The translations under genes and the position numbers were made by a program. DNA of 64,000 nt from Leucoraja erinacea (taxonomy: Eukaryota), in contig NC_073407.1 in assembly GCF_028641065.1 (NCBI RefSeq), positions 20,088,001 to 20,152,000 of the forward strand. The letters run 5' to 3'. The notes beneath the pieces were generated by a model that saw only the letters and a list, made by a program, of their open reading frames with translations, was not told the DNA's origin and did no database searches. Every line of letters begins with the position of its first letter. Within the stretch, counting starts at the first letter, position 1. Positions 1-44,900 of this stretch are shown piece after piece.

Positions 1-1360
1 CTGGCCTTGCCGAGGCAGCGTGAGGTATAAATGGAATCAAGAGACAGGAGGTTGGTTTGTGTGATGGCCTGGGCTGCGTCCACAATTAGCTGCAATTTTT
101 TTACAGTCCTTGATGGAGCTGTTCCCAAACCAAGCTGTGATGCATCCTGATAAAATGCTTTATATGGTGCATCTGTTGAAGTCGGTGAGAGTTGTAGGGG
201 ACATGCCAAACTTCCTAAGCCTTCAAAGGAAGCAGAGGCGTAGGTGTACCTTCTTGGTCATTGCTTCAATATGGGTGATCCAGGGGAAGTTGTTGGTGAT
301 ATTGACTAAGGAATTTGAAGTTTTTGACCATCTCTAATTCGGCTCCATCAACGTAAACTCAGGTTAGCTTCTTGAATTCGATCACTATCTCCTTTGTCTT
401 GCTGACATTGAGAGAAAGGTTGTTGTCTCGACACCAGGACACGAGGTTCTCAATCTCCTTCCTGTACTCTGTCTCATCATTATTTGATAACAGGCCCACA
501 ATGGTGGTGTTGTCAGCGAATTTGAAAATTGAATTAGATTTGTACATGGCTGCGCAGTCATGGGTGTACAAGGAGTAAAGAACACATCGTCCCGGAGCCC
601 CCGTGTAGAGGATTATTGTGGAGGATGATTTGTCCCCTATCCTCACGGATTGTGGTCTGTTGGTCAGGAAGTCGAGGATCCAGTTGCAGAGATGAGTGCT
701 GATCCCAAGCCCTGCGAGTTTGATGATAAGCTTGGATGGTATAATGGTATTGAAGGCAGAGCTGTAGTCTATGGGGTCTGACATAGGTCTCTCTCTTCTC
801 TCGGTGTTCTAGTGATGAGTGTAGGGCTAGGGCGATGGCATCATCCGTACACCTTTTGTGGTGGTAGGCGAACTGCAGTGGGTCAAGGCCGCAGGGTAGC
901 CTCTCAAAGCATTTCATGATGGTGGATGTCAAGACCACTGGACGGTAGTTGTTTAGGCATGAGGTCTTGCTTTTCTTCGCCACTGGGATGATGGAGGTCT
1001 TCTTCAAGCAGGTGGGTACTTCAGAACGGAGTAGGGGGAGATTAAAGATGTCCGTGAATACTCCCTCTAGCTAGTCCGTGCAGCTACTAAGGACACGGCT
1101 AGGAACTCCGTCTGGTTCAGTTGCTTTCCGTGGGTTTATCCTCAGGAAGGCCAAACTAACCTCTGTTACAGTCACCCTGGGGGGAACACATCGGAGTCTG
1201 ACAGATCGGGTATATCCGCTCTGTTGGCCTATTGCTTGAAGCGAGCATAGAAAGCATTCAGTTCATCGGGTAGGGTTGCACTATCACCAATGATGTTGCC
1301 AGACCGTGCTTTGCAGCCAGTGATCTTCTTCAGACCGTCCCACATTCTCTGTGTGTCTGA
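1..1360 (-). mobile_element. Rex1/Babar-type non-LTR retrotransposon, degenerate RT region (continues off the left edge)
   Basis: Minus-strand ORFs read [54 protein letters not shown] and FKFADNTT, typical Rex1 RT motifs broken by frameshifts. Confidence 0.9.
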
Positions 1361-2039
1361 GTGTACATGTCCGTGTGTACATGTTCTCCCACTTCATTTA
1401 GTGTTAACAACAAACGGACATACCTGATGCCTGCTCCTGTCTCCAAGCAATTAATACCAGTAGTGACTAATTATGGGCCAAAAACTGATCCTTGGCTGCT
1501 CCACGAATTATATCCTTCCAGAGCCCCATGTCTTCACATTTACATTCTGTCCCCCTCTCTCTGCCATTCTCTCCCTCACATACAATCAGGGTGTTTTGAA
1601 TTAGAGCAGGTTTGTGAAGGATGGAAGTTGGTCAAGTGGAAAAAGGAGTTATATTTTCCCATCACCCTTGAAGGTGGAATGTTCTTTGTAAAACATCACA
1701 TCCGCAGACAATATTTGGAGCTGATTTAAAAAAAATTGAATTAAGGGACGTGGAGAAATTGGGGAGTGTGGTTGAGACATATCAAAAATAGTGGAGTAGG
1801 CTGCCCCCCCCCCCCCCCCCCCCCCAGGTGTTTGGGGCTTTATTTATATCAAATTAATGCACCAAACACCCCCCTAGCCTACTCAACTATTTTTGACAGG
1901 TCTCAACCACACTCCTCAATTTCTCCATGTCCCTTAAACAATTTTTTTAACTCGGCTCCAAATATTGTCTGCTGATGTGATGTTTTACAAAGGATTATAA
2001 TCTTAACATCTACCGAATGTTTCCTCTCAGAAATGGGTA

Positions 2040-2365
2040 CATTGAGTTTGAGTTTAATTTATTGTCATGTTTACCAATGCACAAAGACAATACGTGATTA
2101 CAATCGAGCCATCCACAGTGTACAAATACATGATAATGGGAATAATGTGAATAACATTTAGTGCAAGATAAAACCCAATAAAGTCTGATCAAAGATAGTC
2201 AGAGGGTCTCCAATGGGGTAGATAGCAGCTCAAGGCTGCTCTCTAGTTGGTAGGATGGTTCAGTTGCCTGATAGCTGCTGGGAAGAAACTGTCCCTGAAT
2301 CTGTCCGTGTGAATTTTCATACTTCTATACCTCTTGCCCGATGGGAGAAGGAAGAAAAGGGAGAT
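2040..2365 (-). mobile_element. Rex1-like LINE 3' end fragment
   Basis: Matches the 3' end and tail of the other Rex1 copies in the window (tttattgtcatgt...gggaagaaactgtccctgaatctg...cttgcccgatgggag). Confidence 0.7.
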
Positions 2366-2722
2366 AATTTACCATTCTGTCTTTCTAGCCCTAGGAATCC
2401 TATAATTATCCTAAAATAATATTATTTGCACAATCTATAATGCCCTGGAGTTATTTGCCAATTCCTCGAACTCTTTACACAATAATTTAAGGAGTATCCT
2501 CATCATACAAAATACACCGTTTCAAGAAATCCATAATTGGATTTGCGTTTGCCTTGTCAACAATATATGTATACACACAGGCACAAATCGCGTTTGATCC
2601 CATCGATGACGACAATCGACGACTTACAGGAAAATTTGCTTTTAATGCATTTGCACAAGTACCATATTTTAAAGCGCTGTAACTCTGATATCGAAATGAA
2701 GAGACGGAAACAAGCTACTTGC

Positions 2723-3086
2723 CTAAATGGCTGTGACATCTGGGACACGTTGCCACTGTCCAAGAATATCCAGGAAACCAGGAGACCTGGTCGTCCGCCG
2801 GCCAGTGCTTGTGGACGGCAGCTCGCTTGAAAGTGAGCACCTGGAAACGAAGGCCCTGCGGGTTCTGGAAGAGCTGCACCGGGACCCTTCGCTCACCGAT
2901 CAGCGTGTCGTTCCTCTGGGCTAAAGCCAAGGGACTGGCCACAAATTTAAGGTCCCGACTGACAGCCACCTCGTAACCACATGACCTGCACAGCAAGAGC
3001 TCGTCCCCCGACTCCTCTTCCTTCCCCTGACTGGCGTTATGTCCGCTCACGGCGGAGACCGACATCAGCAGCAACATCCACCACAT
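2723..3086 (-). CDS. Cereblon-like CULT-domain (thalidomide-binding fold) protein with N-terminal signal peptide; first coding exon, remainder presumably left of the window
   Basis: Translation has a hydrophobic leader MWWMLLLMSVSAVSG, then CRSC...FQNPQG...SWFPGYSWTVATCPRCHSHLG, matching cereblon NPHG and [22 protein letters not shown]. Acceptor tttttctctcag at 3117-3118; donor AG|GCAAGT after 2723 (GC-AG type). Confidence 0.88.
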
Positions 3087-3601
3087 CTTTCAGGCCGCTT
3101 CCCACTCCTACCCCACCTGAGAGAAAAAGTAAAATATAACGTGTTAATTTCTCCAGAATAAAATTACTTTCAAATACATATTTTTTATCGCCGTAGCCAG
3201 CAAATTATTTCAAATTTGCCCGGGACCCATGGTACTGTAACGCATTTTGCAGCACTTATTTTAATTCTCCGGCCTTTTTAACTATAGCTTTCCTGCAACT
3301 TACATTTAAATGTCTTAGAGAAGAAACACATAGCAATGTAAGAGCCTCGGATATTTATCTCCTCCACCCCCTACTGGCTGGAGGATTCTATACACTTTCT
3401 GCTGTTGAGATAGAATCACTTCATTTCACGGGTTCCATTAATATCACATCTCACTTTTCAAGGTCGTTTAAAAACAATTTTCCTTTCAAACATGCAAGGG
3501 AAACTTGCATTCGCACACAGCCTAAAGCACGTTGCAGCTAATTAACTACTTTAGTAATTTAGAAAATGGAATAGCCATTTAGCATTCAGGATGACATAAA
3601 C

Positions 3602-3814
3602 ATAAATAGCAGGACATTTTTGCCAATTGCCAAACAACATTTCTTTCTCAGCCAAAGTTATGATACAAGATATTTTGTATATAATGATTATTTCGCATTT
3701 AGCATTCAGGATGACATAAACAATATAATCATTATATACAAAATATCTTGTATCATAACTTTGGCTGAGAAAGAAATGTTGTTTGGCAATTGGCGAAAAT
3801 GTCTTGCTATTTAT
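3602..3814. repeat. Near-perfect inverted repeat (90-bp arms, 33-nt spacer)
   Basis: 3602-3691 is the reverse complement of 3725-3814 with 2 mismatches. The spacer holds a second copy of 3576-3602. Confidence 0.92.
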
Positions 3815-4089
3815 TCTTTAATATATTGTTCCTGAATCTTACATATCTGCCCAAAAAGGTAGATGAGACACGAGAACAAACAAAATAGGAGCTTAGAGCC
3901 TGCTCCATCATTCACCAATATGTGTGCTGTTCTTCTACCTTAGCCCCATTTCCCGGCACTATTCACACATCAACTTGATTTCCCTAATGTTTAAATAATC
4001 TATCAATTTCTGTTTTCAAAGATTACAATGCCTGAGAATGCACCACTATCTGAGTGAAGAAATTCCTTAATCCTAAATGGGGTCTTTCC

Positions 4090-6110
4090 TAAACACAATG
4101 CAATAGCAAGGAGAGACATTAGCTTGGATGCTGTATAATCGGTATGGGTAGAACTGCGAAATAGCCAAGGGCAGAAAACACTTGTTGGAGTGGTAAACAG
4201 ACCACCAAACAGCAGTAGGGAGGATGGGGATAGCATCAAGCAGGAAATTAGGGATGTGTGTATCAAAGGTACAGCGGTTATCATGGGTGACTTTAATCTA
4301 CATATAGATTGGGCCAACCAAATTGATAACAGTGCCGAGGAGGAACATATCCTGGAATGTATGCAAGGTGGGTTTTTAAACCAATATGTAAAGGAAACGA
4401 CCATCCTAGACTGGATATTGTGTACTGAGGAAGGATTAGTTAGCGATCTTGTTGTGCAAGGCCCCTTGGGAAACAGTGACCATAATATGGTGGAATTCTG
4501 CATTAGGATGGAGAGTGACACGGTTAATTCAGAGACTAGGGTCCTGAACTTGAATAAAGGAAACTGTGAAGGTATGAGACAGGAATAAGATAGGATAGAC
4601 TGGCAAATGATACTTAAAGGGTTGACAGTGGAGATGCAATAATTTAAAGACCGCATGGATGAACTCCAGAAATTTTTCATGCCCGTCTGACGATAAAATA
4701 AAACTGGGAAGGTGACGCAACCGTGGCTGAGGAGGGGCGTCAAGGATAGTGTTAAAGCCAAGGAAGAGGCATATCAATTGGCCAGAAGAAGCGGTAAACC
4801 AGAGGACTGGGAGAAATGTAGAACTCAACAGAGGAGGACAAAGGGGTTAATTAAGAGGGGGTGGGGGGGGGGAAGAGCATGAAAGAAAGCTTGCAGGAAA
4901 TATAAAAACTGCCGAAATGTTTCTATAGGTAAGTAAAAAGAAAAGATTAGTGAAGACAAATGCAGGTTCCTTACAGTCAGAGACAGGTAAATTCATAATG
5001 GCAAACAAGGAAATGGCAGAACAGTTAAACGAGCACTTTGGTTTTGTCTTCACTAAGGAAGACACAAACAATCTCCCGGAAATGTTATGGGACCGAGGAT
5101 CTAGTGGGAGGGAGGAACTGAAGGGAATCCTCATTAGTCAGAAAATGGTGTTAGGTAAATTGATGGGACTGAAGGCAGATAAATCACCAGGGCCAGATGG
5201 TCTGCATCCCAGAGTACTCAAGGAGGTGACCATCGAAATCGTGGATGCATTGGTGATAATTTTCCAATGTTCTCTCAACCCTAGATCAGTTATATATCAG
5301 TTATAGACGTGAGGGTAGCCAATGTAACTCCACTTTTTAAGAAAGGTGAGAGAGAGAAAACAGGGAATTATAGATCAGTTAGCCTTACATAGGTAGTGGG
5401 GAAGATGCTGGTCAATTATTAAAGATGTTGGAGCAGCACATTTGGAAAACAGTGACGGGTTTGGTAAAAGTCAGCAAGGATTTATGATGGGGAAATCATG
5501 CTTGACAAATCTTTTGGAATTTTTTGAGGATGTAACAAGTAGAATGGATAAGGATGTGGATGTGGTGTAACTGGGCTTTCAAAAAGCCTTTGACAAGGTC
5601 CCACACAAGAGATTAGTGTGCAAAATCAGAGCACATAATATATATTAACGATTTAGACGAGATAATTAAATATAACATCTCTAAGTTTGCAGATGACACA
5701 AAGCTGGGTGGCATTGTGCGCTGCGAGGAGGATGCTATGAGGCTACAGGGTGACTCAGATAGGTTGGGTGAGTGGGCAAAAGCATGGCAGTTGCAGTATG
5801 ATGTGGATAAATGTGAGGTTGGTTATCCACTTTGGTGGCAAGAATAGGAAGGCAGATTATTATCTGAATGGTGCCAGATTAGGAGATGGGGAGGTGCAAT
5901 GAGACCTGGGTGTGCTTGTACATCTGTCACTAAAAGTAAGCATGCAGATACAGCAGGCAGTGAAGAAAGCCAATTGGCCTTCATTGCTAGAGGATTTGAG
6001 TTTAGGAACAAGGAGGTCCTACTGCAATTGTACAGGGCCCTGGTGAGACTGCACGTAGAGTATTGCGTGCAATGTTGGTCTCCTAATTTGAGGAAGGACA
6101 TTATTGCTCG
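4090..6110 (+). mobile_element. CR1-type LINE, degenerate ORF2 (endonuclease plus RT)
   Basis: Motifs IMGDFN, GNSDHNMVEF, KSPGPDGLHPRVLKE, KFADDTK and [19 protein letters not shown], with stops and frameshifts. Confidence 0.93.
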
Positions 6111-6474
6111 GGACATGTTGGCCGGTGTGTATCACTCTGTCTCTAAAAGCTTTTGTTTGGTGCTAACCAGTCAGCAGAAGGACAATACATAATTCCAATC
6201 GATCCATTTACAGTGATAAGGGAATACATGATAAGGGAATAACGTTTAGAGCATGGTAAAGCCAGCAAAGTCCGATCATGGATAGTCCAAGGGTTATCAA
6301 AGAGATCAACGAAGTAGTTCAGCTCTGCTTTCTGGATGTGGTATGATTATTCAGTTGCCTGATAACAGCTGGGAAGAAAATGTCCCAGAATCTGGTGCTG
6401 TGTGTGTGTTTTCACACTTCTATACTTTTTGCCTGATGGAAGATAAAGTTATCCTTAGTTTTTAAAGAAAATAC

Positions 6475-6600
6475 CTTGTAGCCATCCCAACCAAAGATCT
6501 GATAGTGGAAGATCTTTGATCCCAACGGTGTCAATCGCACCACCTGAGCCGTTGATGAACCACACCCCAGATCGACGAGCTCAATCACCCCATCCACGCT
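6475..6600 (-). other. Probable non-coding first exon of the CULT-domain gene
   Basis: CpG-rich segment next to the promoter, ending in a minus-strand donor tacaag|gtattt at 6475/6474. It would splice to the acceptor at 3116. The start site is approximate. Confidence 0.55.
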
Positions 6601-6760
6601 TCACCCCGCCCTTCGTATCCAATTGGTCGCGGCTGAGATGACTGACACCGCGTTATCCAATGAGCGCACGAAGCGAGCTGCCCGCGCTTTAAATTAAGGC
6701 GGGACTCGAGGGGGCGGTTATAGTGCACGGGGTTTAAAAATATATTTTAAAAAGCCGTTA
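6600..6760. promoter_or_regulatory. CpG-rich putative bidirectional promoter (CULT gene / PKN3)
   Basis: GC boxes ccccgccc 6604-6611 and gggggcgg 6710-6717; palindromic CCAATTGG 6619-6626; CCAAT 6657-6661. Lies between two divergent first exons. Confidence 0.7.
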
Positions 6761-6855
6761 GACGGTATGTAAATAGTAAAGGCTTGGAAGGGGGAAAAAA
6801 CCAAATAAAACACGTAAGAAGCAGCAGGAGGATAACTGACAGTATCCGAGGCACG

Positions 6856-38952
<32,097 letters not shown>

Positions 38953-40491
38953 CTTCATTAGGGTCTGTGCTGATGTCATGCCTCGTAAGAATGCTGAGTG
39001 CTTACTGCTGGGCAAAGTGAGAAAGGGAGGCCTTTGCTGCAATGATGTTTGAAACATCTAGTTACTACCAGATTTGAATGTTAACATTTAGTTTCCAAGA
39101 TGAGATTCCCTGAGCATTTGTTTCATTTTGTGAATGTAAATTATTCCTCTTCCGGAATCAATATGTAACCTTTAATATAGAAAATTGTTGATGTGCAAGA
39201 GATTGGAAATGAACTACACTATTGCAATGGGGGGGAAGGGGCTCCTATACTGAGAAGAGAACTTTTATCTTGAAATTAATTCTCCACAATTTTACTTTTA
39301 TCTAAGTTGTAGGTTGCTATTTGCACAATTCTCACTTTCTGTATTTAACACGCACTGTCTTGGGCAAGGCAACCTTCCAAATTTGCCATCTTATTTTTCT
39401 GATCAGGATACTGTAAATTTTCCTGGAACAGCACAGGTTCTTTCATTTTTCCCCACCATGTATATGGAGGCAAACTTGAATGGCATCATAGTCTTTTGAC
39501 AATAGTAAAATTATAGTTGAACAATTATGGAGTGTGGGTGGAGGTTAATTATGAGCTAATTTGTTCCACTTCTCTTCCTGCTTCCCCACCAGCTTCCTCA
39601 AATTTGGAAAATATTGTTCTATCTCTTGCCTTCTATCACTCAGTGATGCATTTGTGGATATATTCAAATAGCCTTTCAATATGTGATAGCTTTATCTCTC
39701 TGTACCTTTCTAGAGCAGAGAGGATAGCAGGAAATCTGCGTCCTGGAAACTAAAGATGATGTAACTATCAAAAGCATAGCCATGGCCCTTTTGATTTCTC
39801 TTTTTCGAGGGAATCTATTTGGCCTGTCACCACATCTATAAAATTAGAACCAGGACATGACAGGTGATTGTTGTTCATGATAACTTTTATCACTTTGGTT
39901 TGCCATTAAGTATGTCCATGTGTTTCTAGCACTTGTGGGGAAAGCAAGTATTTTAAAAACTATTGCACTTTAAATATCCATTGACATTTTTTTGCTCTGT
40001 TGCCATTAACGAATGAGTAGATTATTAAATGGTTTAAAAGTGAGTTGTAGAGGGAAACTTTTATTGTTGCTCAGAGAACTGTGTTGGAGGTGATGATATT
40101 GAGCTTCCATCGTGCATTCAATGTTTCCAAATCTTAAGATTGGGAGATTAGTAACTATCAAGAACATAATAGGAAATCTGAGCAAATTCATCCTTCTGTT
40201 AAATACACCCATTAGCAGAGAGATGAGAATGGGCTGCAGTCCTGACCTAGTTGTGTAGTCTGAGGAATGGCGGTATAACTACAAGTATTCGGGTATTAAA
40301 AGCATATCATTCAGAAATCTTGGGGTATTGCTTTATTATGAAGAAAAACAAAGCTATTTATTTTTTTTGTGCAATGCTAATTTTGTGCGGACATATAATA
40401 TGGAAATTGTCCAAACTGTTTTTTAAAAATTAAAGAGCATTGCTCCTATTTATAGATGTAACTTATGGTTTGTATTTGATAAATTCAGCAA

Positions 40492-40497
40492 AATAAA
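40492..40497 (+). terminator. Candidate polyadenylation signal of PKN3
   Basis: AATAAA about 1.5 kb past the stop codon, followed by T-rich sequence. Confidence 0.4.
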
Positions 40498-41939
40498 ATT
40501 TTAATTTCTTTAATCTATTGCTACTCTTTGACAGCTTCTTAGCAGGAAAGGTCTAGTTCTGGCATAGAGCCTGCCCATATAACACAAGGCCTGGAAATTG
40601 TATTTGTATGTATCCAATCCACTCTTGACTGACCTCATTCTGAATTTACTTGTGTTCAAAATTTCCTTTCTTAATGTATTAATATCATGGACTATCTATA
40701 ATGAAGGCATATAAAGCAGAAAAATCAAATGACTTTAAATCCAAATGAAGATATGAATTTGTTTAATCAATATTTTTTCACGTGATAATGACTCAAGGTA
40801 GAGGACAGTAATCCAAAAATAAATCCAATATTTTAAAGAATATATCAATCTGTTCCGAAGATTATTTTTAAGAAAAGTAGCAAGTTGTGAAAAATATAAA
40901 ACAGTAATACAGTTAATATACAAGTGGTTTTAAATCTCTGTACAGTCCAGCTGCTTAAATTCAATGTTAATTAAATTCCTGTTCACAGATTACAGTAATC
41001 TGTTTTGCCAGTTGTGCAGTGATTTGCTGTTTTTCCAATGTATCAATGTCATGAATGTTGCTTTAATTGTTATAGTACATGTTGAGTAAACTGCAACTCC
41101 CCTGCTTTTCTAGCAGGATGAAAGTATGTTTAGAAATGAGAGCACAAATGGGGATTATAAGTTAAAATTAAATTATTTGGGAAAACATTGGGAAATATGA
41201 GAGTATACTTCCAATTCAATGGAAGAACAAAAACAGTTATGTAGAACAAGATATTAAATCAGTAAGTACATTAATCAATGCATTGCTTACATTTCTGTTA
41301 AAGAAATTGAGCGATGCTGCTTCTCGGCGGTATTTTGCCTGCAGATCAATTTCAGCCTCTTTCTGTACCCTGGACTAGTTTGCTATTTCATGTGACCTGC
41401 AAATGTAGTTTAGAGTTTATGTTCACTATCATCCAGGTATCTGACAGTAGATGATAAACTGATCAATTGTTTTTGCCATGCACTTTGCAAAGACGGGTTG
41501 TGACTCTGTTGTGCAGAAACTCTTGATATGCACACAATCGTGCTAAAAACAAAATCCTATAGTGTTAGTTACCAGCATTGGAACAAATGCTGTATGCCTG
41601 GATAGATTTGGTAGCTGAACAGTACCCTGATCTAGGTTTTGATTTTCAATCCCACAGGTTCATTTAGCTAATTGTGTTTTGAACACCATGACGGCTGTAA
41701 CTGCTTAAATGGTGTGGTGTGCATGTAAAATGTCTGGATAGAACTCAGTCATGATAGGAATTGGTGTTTGCAGGCATTATTGGCAATCGAATGGAGAAGG
41801 AATTCATCATTTGTTATCCCATTTATGATGGTTGAAGTTATTTAATTTTTTTTTAGTTATCATCCACAGTCTCCAGCTTAGTGAGGTAGTAAAGCAAATT
41901 CAGCAAAGATGAGATCACAAATGGATAGAAAACCAAATG

Positions 41940-44900
41940 CTAAACCAACCCATCCTCTTCTTTAAAATAAATCCTTTCCCATGCAACAGTCTTGCATACA
42001 CAGAAAAACACCCACAAATTCCCAAGAATGCCCTGATCAAATGGATTTTCCTCTGAGCTGCAATGTTTGAGGTAAGAAATGCGATGGCGGGACATAAACT
42101 CCCAAGTTGTGGTATTGCTGGATACCAGATACAAGTGCGATACCAATAACAGCATAACCACCACGGTGAAAATGATAATGATGATGAATGCCAATAGCAG
42201 GAATGTGTTGATACGGAGCCACTCTTTCCACTCGGTTTCAGTACCGAATCCAGACCTACACATAAGAGCAATAATATTTAGGAATATTATAGATATCAGG
42301 CATTGTGCAATAATTAACTATGCAGAATGATTTCATGCTGATCCTTACCAGGCAATGTGGAAAGCCCACAACAGGACAGTCAATTGAGAAATCAGGTAGA
42401 GCATAAAGAAGCGATGATTTCTCTCCCCCACACAGTTCTCAATCCACGGGCAGTGGTGATCATATCGGCGTACACAGTGTTGACAGGACTGGCAGTGTTT
42501 AGACCGCATGGGTTGCTGCTGAAACGAATTAAAATCATTAGAATTTATCTTCTAAATCAAATAGTGCAAAAATGAGTTAAGCTTAACCCGAGGTGGAATT
42601 ATTCAATGTTCTGCCTGCTTCTGTAATACAGAATCGACAGATTGAATCCCACAATCGCAATTTAAATTTGCCAAATTTACTAAATTATTTCAACATTTTA
42701 GCATTTACTTTGTTTTACAGAAAGAAAATGTCAGGGATTAGTACCCAACTAAAAATACAGATTTATGATATTTTGATATAACAGGCTTATAATTGAACAC
42801 CAATTTATATTAAACTGCAATTTCTTGGAGCTCACTTTAGCTACTGGAGTTTCCAATTGAATGCAATAAATAAAAAATGATTGCACTTCGTGTGATAATT
42901 ATCTAAATCCAACTAACATAGCTTAACACCTAACAGTATTAAGCATTGGTCACTGTTGGAGATGCCTCTTTCAGATTAGATGTTAAAAAAACCATGGCAA
43001 AAAATACAGGAATTCTCTGATATCCTCCCCATTATTATTATTTGCTCAACAGTGCATTTAAAAGCAGATCATCTGATCATTTTTTTCTCACTTTGTGTTG
43101 TGGGTTTCTCTGACATGGTCAGCACTTTATTGACCATCCCTAACTTTGACAGCCTTTCAGGTCGGAAACAGGCCCTCGTCTGAATTGCTTTTGAATTTCT
43201 TGAGATTTTTTATACTGAACTGATACACTTTAAACCTGTACTTTTAGAAAAATAAATTCCCACCTGGACCATGCAGTAGCCACAGCGCCTCAATCTCTGG
43301 GCTTTCTGTACCACAGGGACCATCTGTTCCTCGTCATCCCAAACACAATGAACCGATCGAGACACCTGGGTTTGCAAGGAACCAGCAAAAACCTCAGGAA
43401 CTGAAAAACTTATTCTTCAAAATAAAATACATAGCACTATGTTTATTGGAAGAAAGTGTTAATTTTAAATAAGGGGGTAAATATTTGCAAACACAATCAT
43501 ATGAAGCTACCTGAATTTAGGGAAGACAAATAAGTACATAAGGAACATAAGACTCCTAGTAGCAATGGATGAAAATTGTGGGAGAAAGCTCACATGAAAC
43601 AAAAACATCAACATGAAAGAATAGCACCAATTGCCAGTTTCTTTACTACAAGTTTTGTCTATAGGTGACCCCTCACGTTTTAGAGGGTTGTGTTCCTTGA
43701 AAACAGTCTATCACAAATCTCTGTAACATGAAGCTGCGTCATTAGTGCATACGGCACGAAACACGAGTTAAAAAATATATGGATGTTTTATTTACTTTTT
43801 CTCCCAGTAAATTCCGTGAGAGCAAATTTTATTCCGTGTCTCCGATTTGTGACTTCTGTAAGGGGCAATTCCCGTTACCCAAACAGTCCTAAGGAATTGC
43901 AGATGCAGATGCTAGAATCTTGAACAAAACACAAGGTGATGGAATAACTCAGTGGGTGAGGCAGCATCTGTGGAAAATACAGAAAGGCAATGTTTCGGGT
44001 CGGGACTGACGAAAGGTTCCGACCCGAAACGTGATCTATCATGTCCTCCAGAGATGCTGCCTGACTCGCTGAGTTGCACTCGCACTTTGAGCCCTAACAC
44101 AGGTTGCCTGTAATTTCGGCTCTGGAGCAATATCTTTACAGGATATAACTTACTTTGGCTACTCACATGGAGGAAATAATGCAGCCTCAGCTACCTGTGG
44201 CATATTGTGCTAGATGTAGATTGATTTACCTTTAGTTCATCATCAAATGTGACGTATCCTGGATCCATGAGGGAGGTGATGAAGTACAGTAACATTGAAC
44301 AGAGAACGAGCAGGAGGAAGGTTACTGGCTTTAGGAACTCGCCACGTTCCTCGCTCTGCTTCAAATCTGTAATTAACAATAACAATTATTTGCATTCGTT
44401 CAGCATTTTTCATATGCATGAGGAAAGTGACAGGCAAATAAGTAATGAAAATGTAGTCATATTTTCTCCTGGATGTGGAGAGGATGTTTCCACACGTGGG
44501 AAAGTAGGATTAAGGGACGTTCTTTTAGGAAGGAGATGAGAAGAAATGTCTTTAGTCAGAGGGTGGTGAATCTGTGGAATTCTTTGCCAATGAAGGCTGT
44601 GGAGGACGTCAGTGGATATTTTTAAGGCAGAGATAGATTTTTGATTAGTACAGGTGTCAGAGGTTATGGGGAGAAGGCTGGAGATTGGGGTTAGGAAGGA
44701 GAGATATATCAGCCATAATTGAATGGTGGAGTAGACTTGATGGGCCGAATGGCCTAATTCTACAATTCCTTATGACCTTCTTAGACAGTCCTTCAGGATC
44801 AGGAATGACATGCTTCTGCTGGAGTTCTGCAGATTTTAGGCCAGTGTTGCACCCATAAACTTTGTCATTAGTGGGGCAAAAGCTGCTTAATATGAAGGTA

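Noticed and set aside
6412-6597. 61-aa ORF as a coding first exon of the CULT gene
   Set aside because: It starts at GTG, and the true product begins with a signal peptide at 3086. Treated as 5' UTR.
42341-42370. Apparent frameshift at the end of ZDHHC12 exon 4
   Set aside because: Re-reading gives TGG GCT TTC CAC ATT GCC TG|gt, in phase with exon 5.
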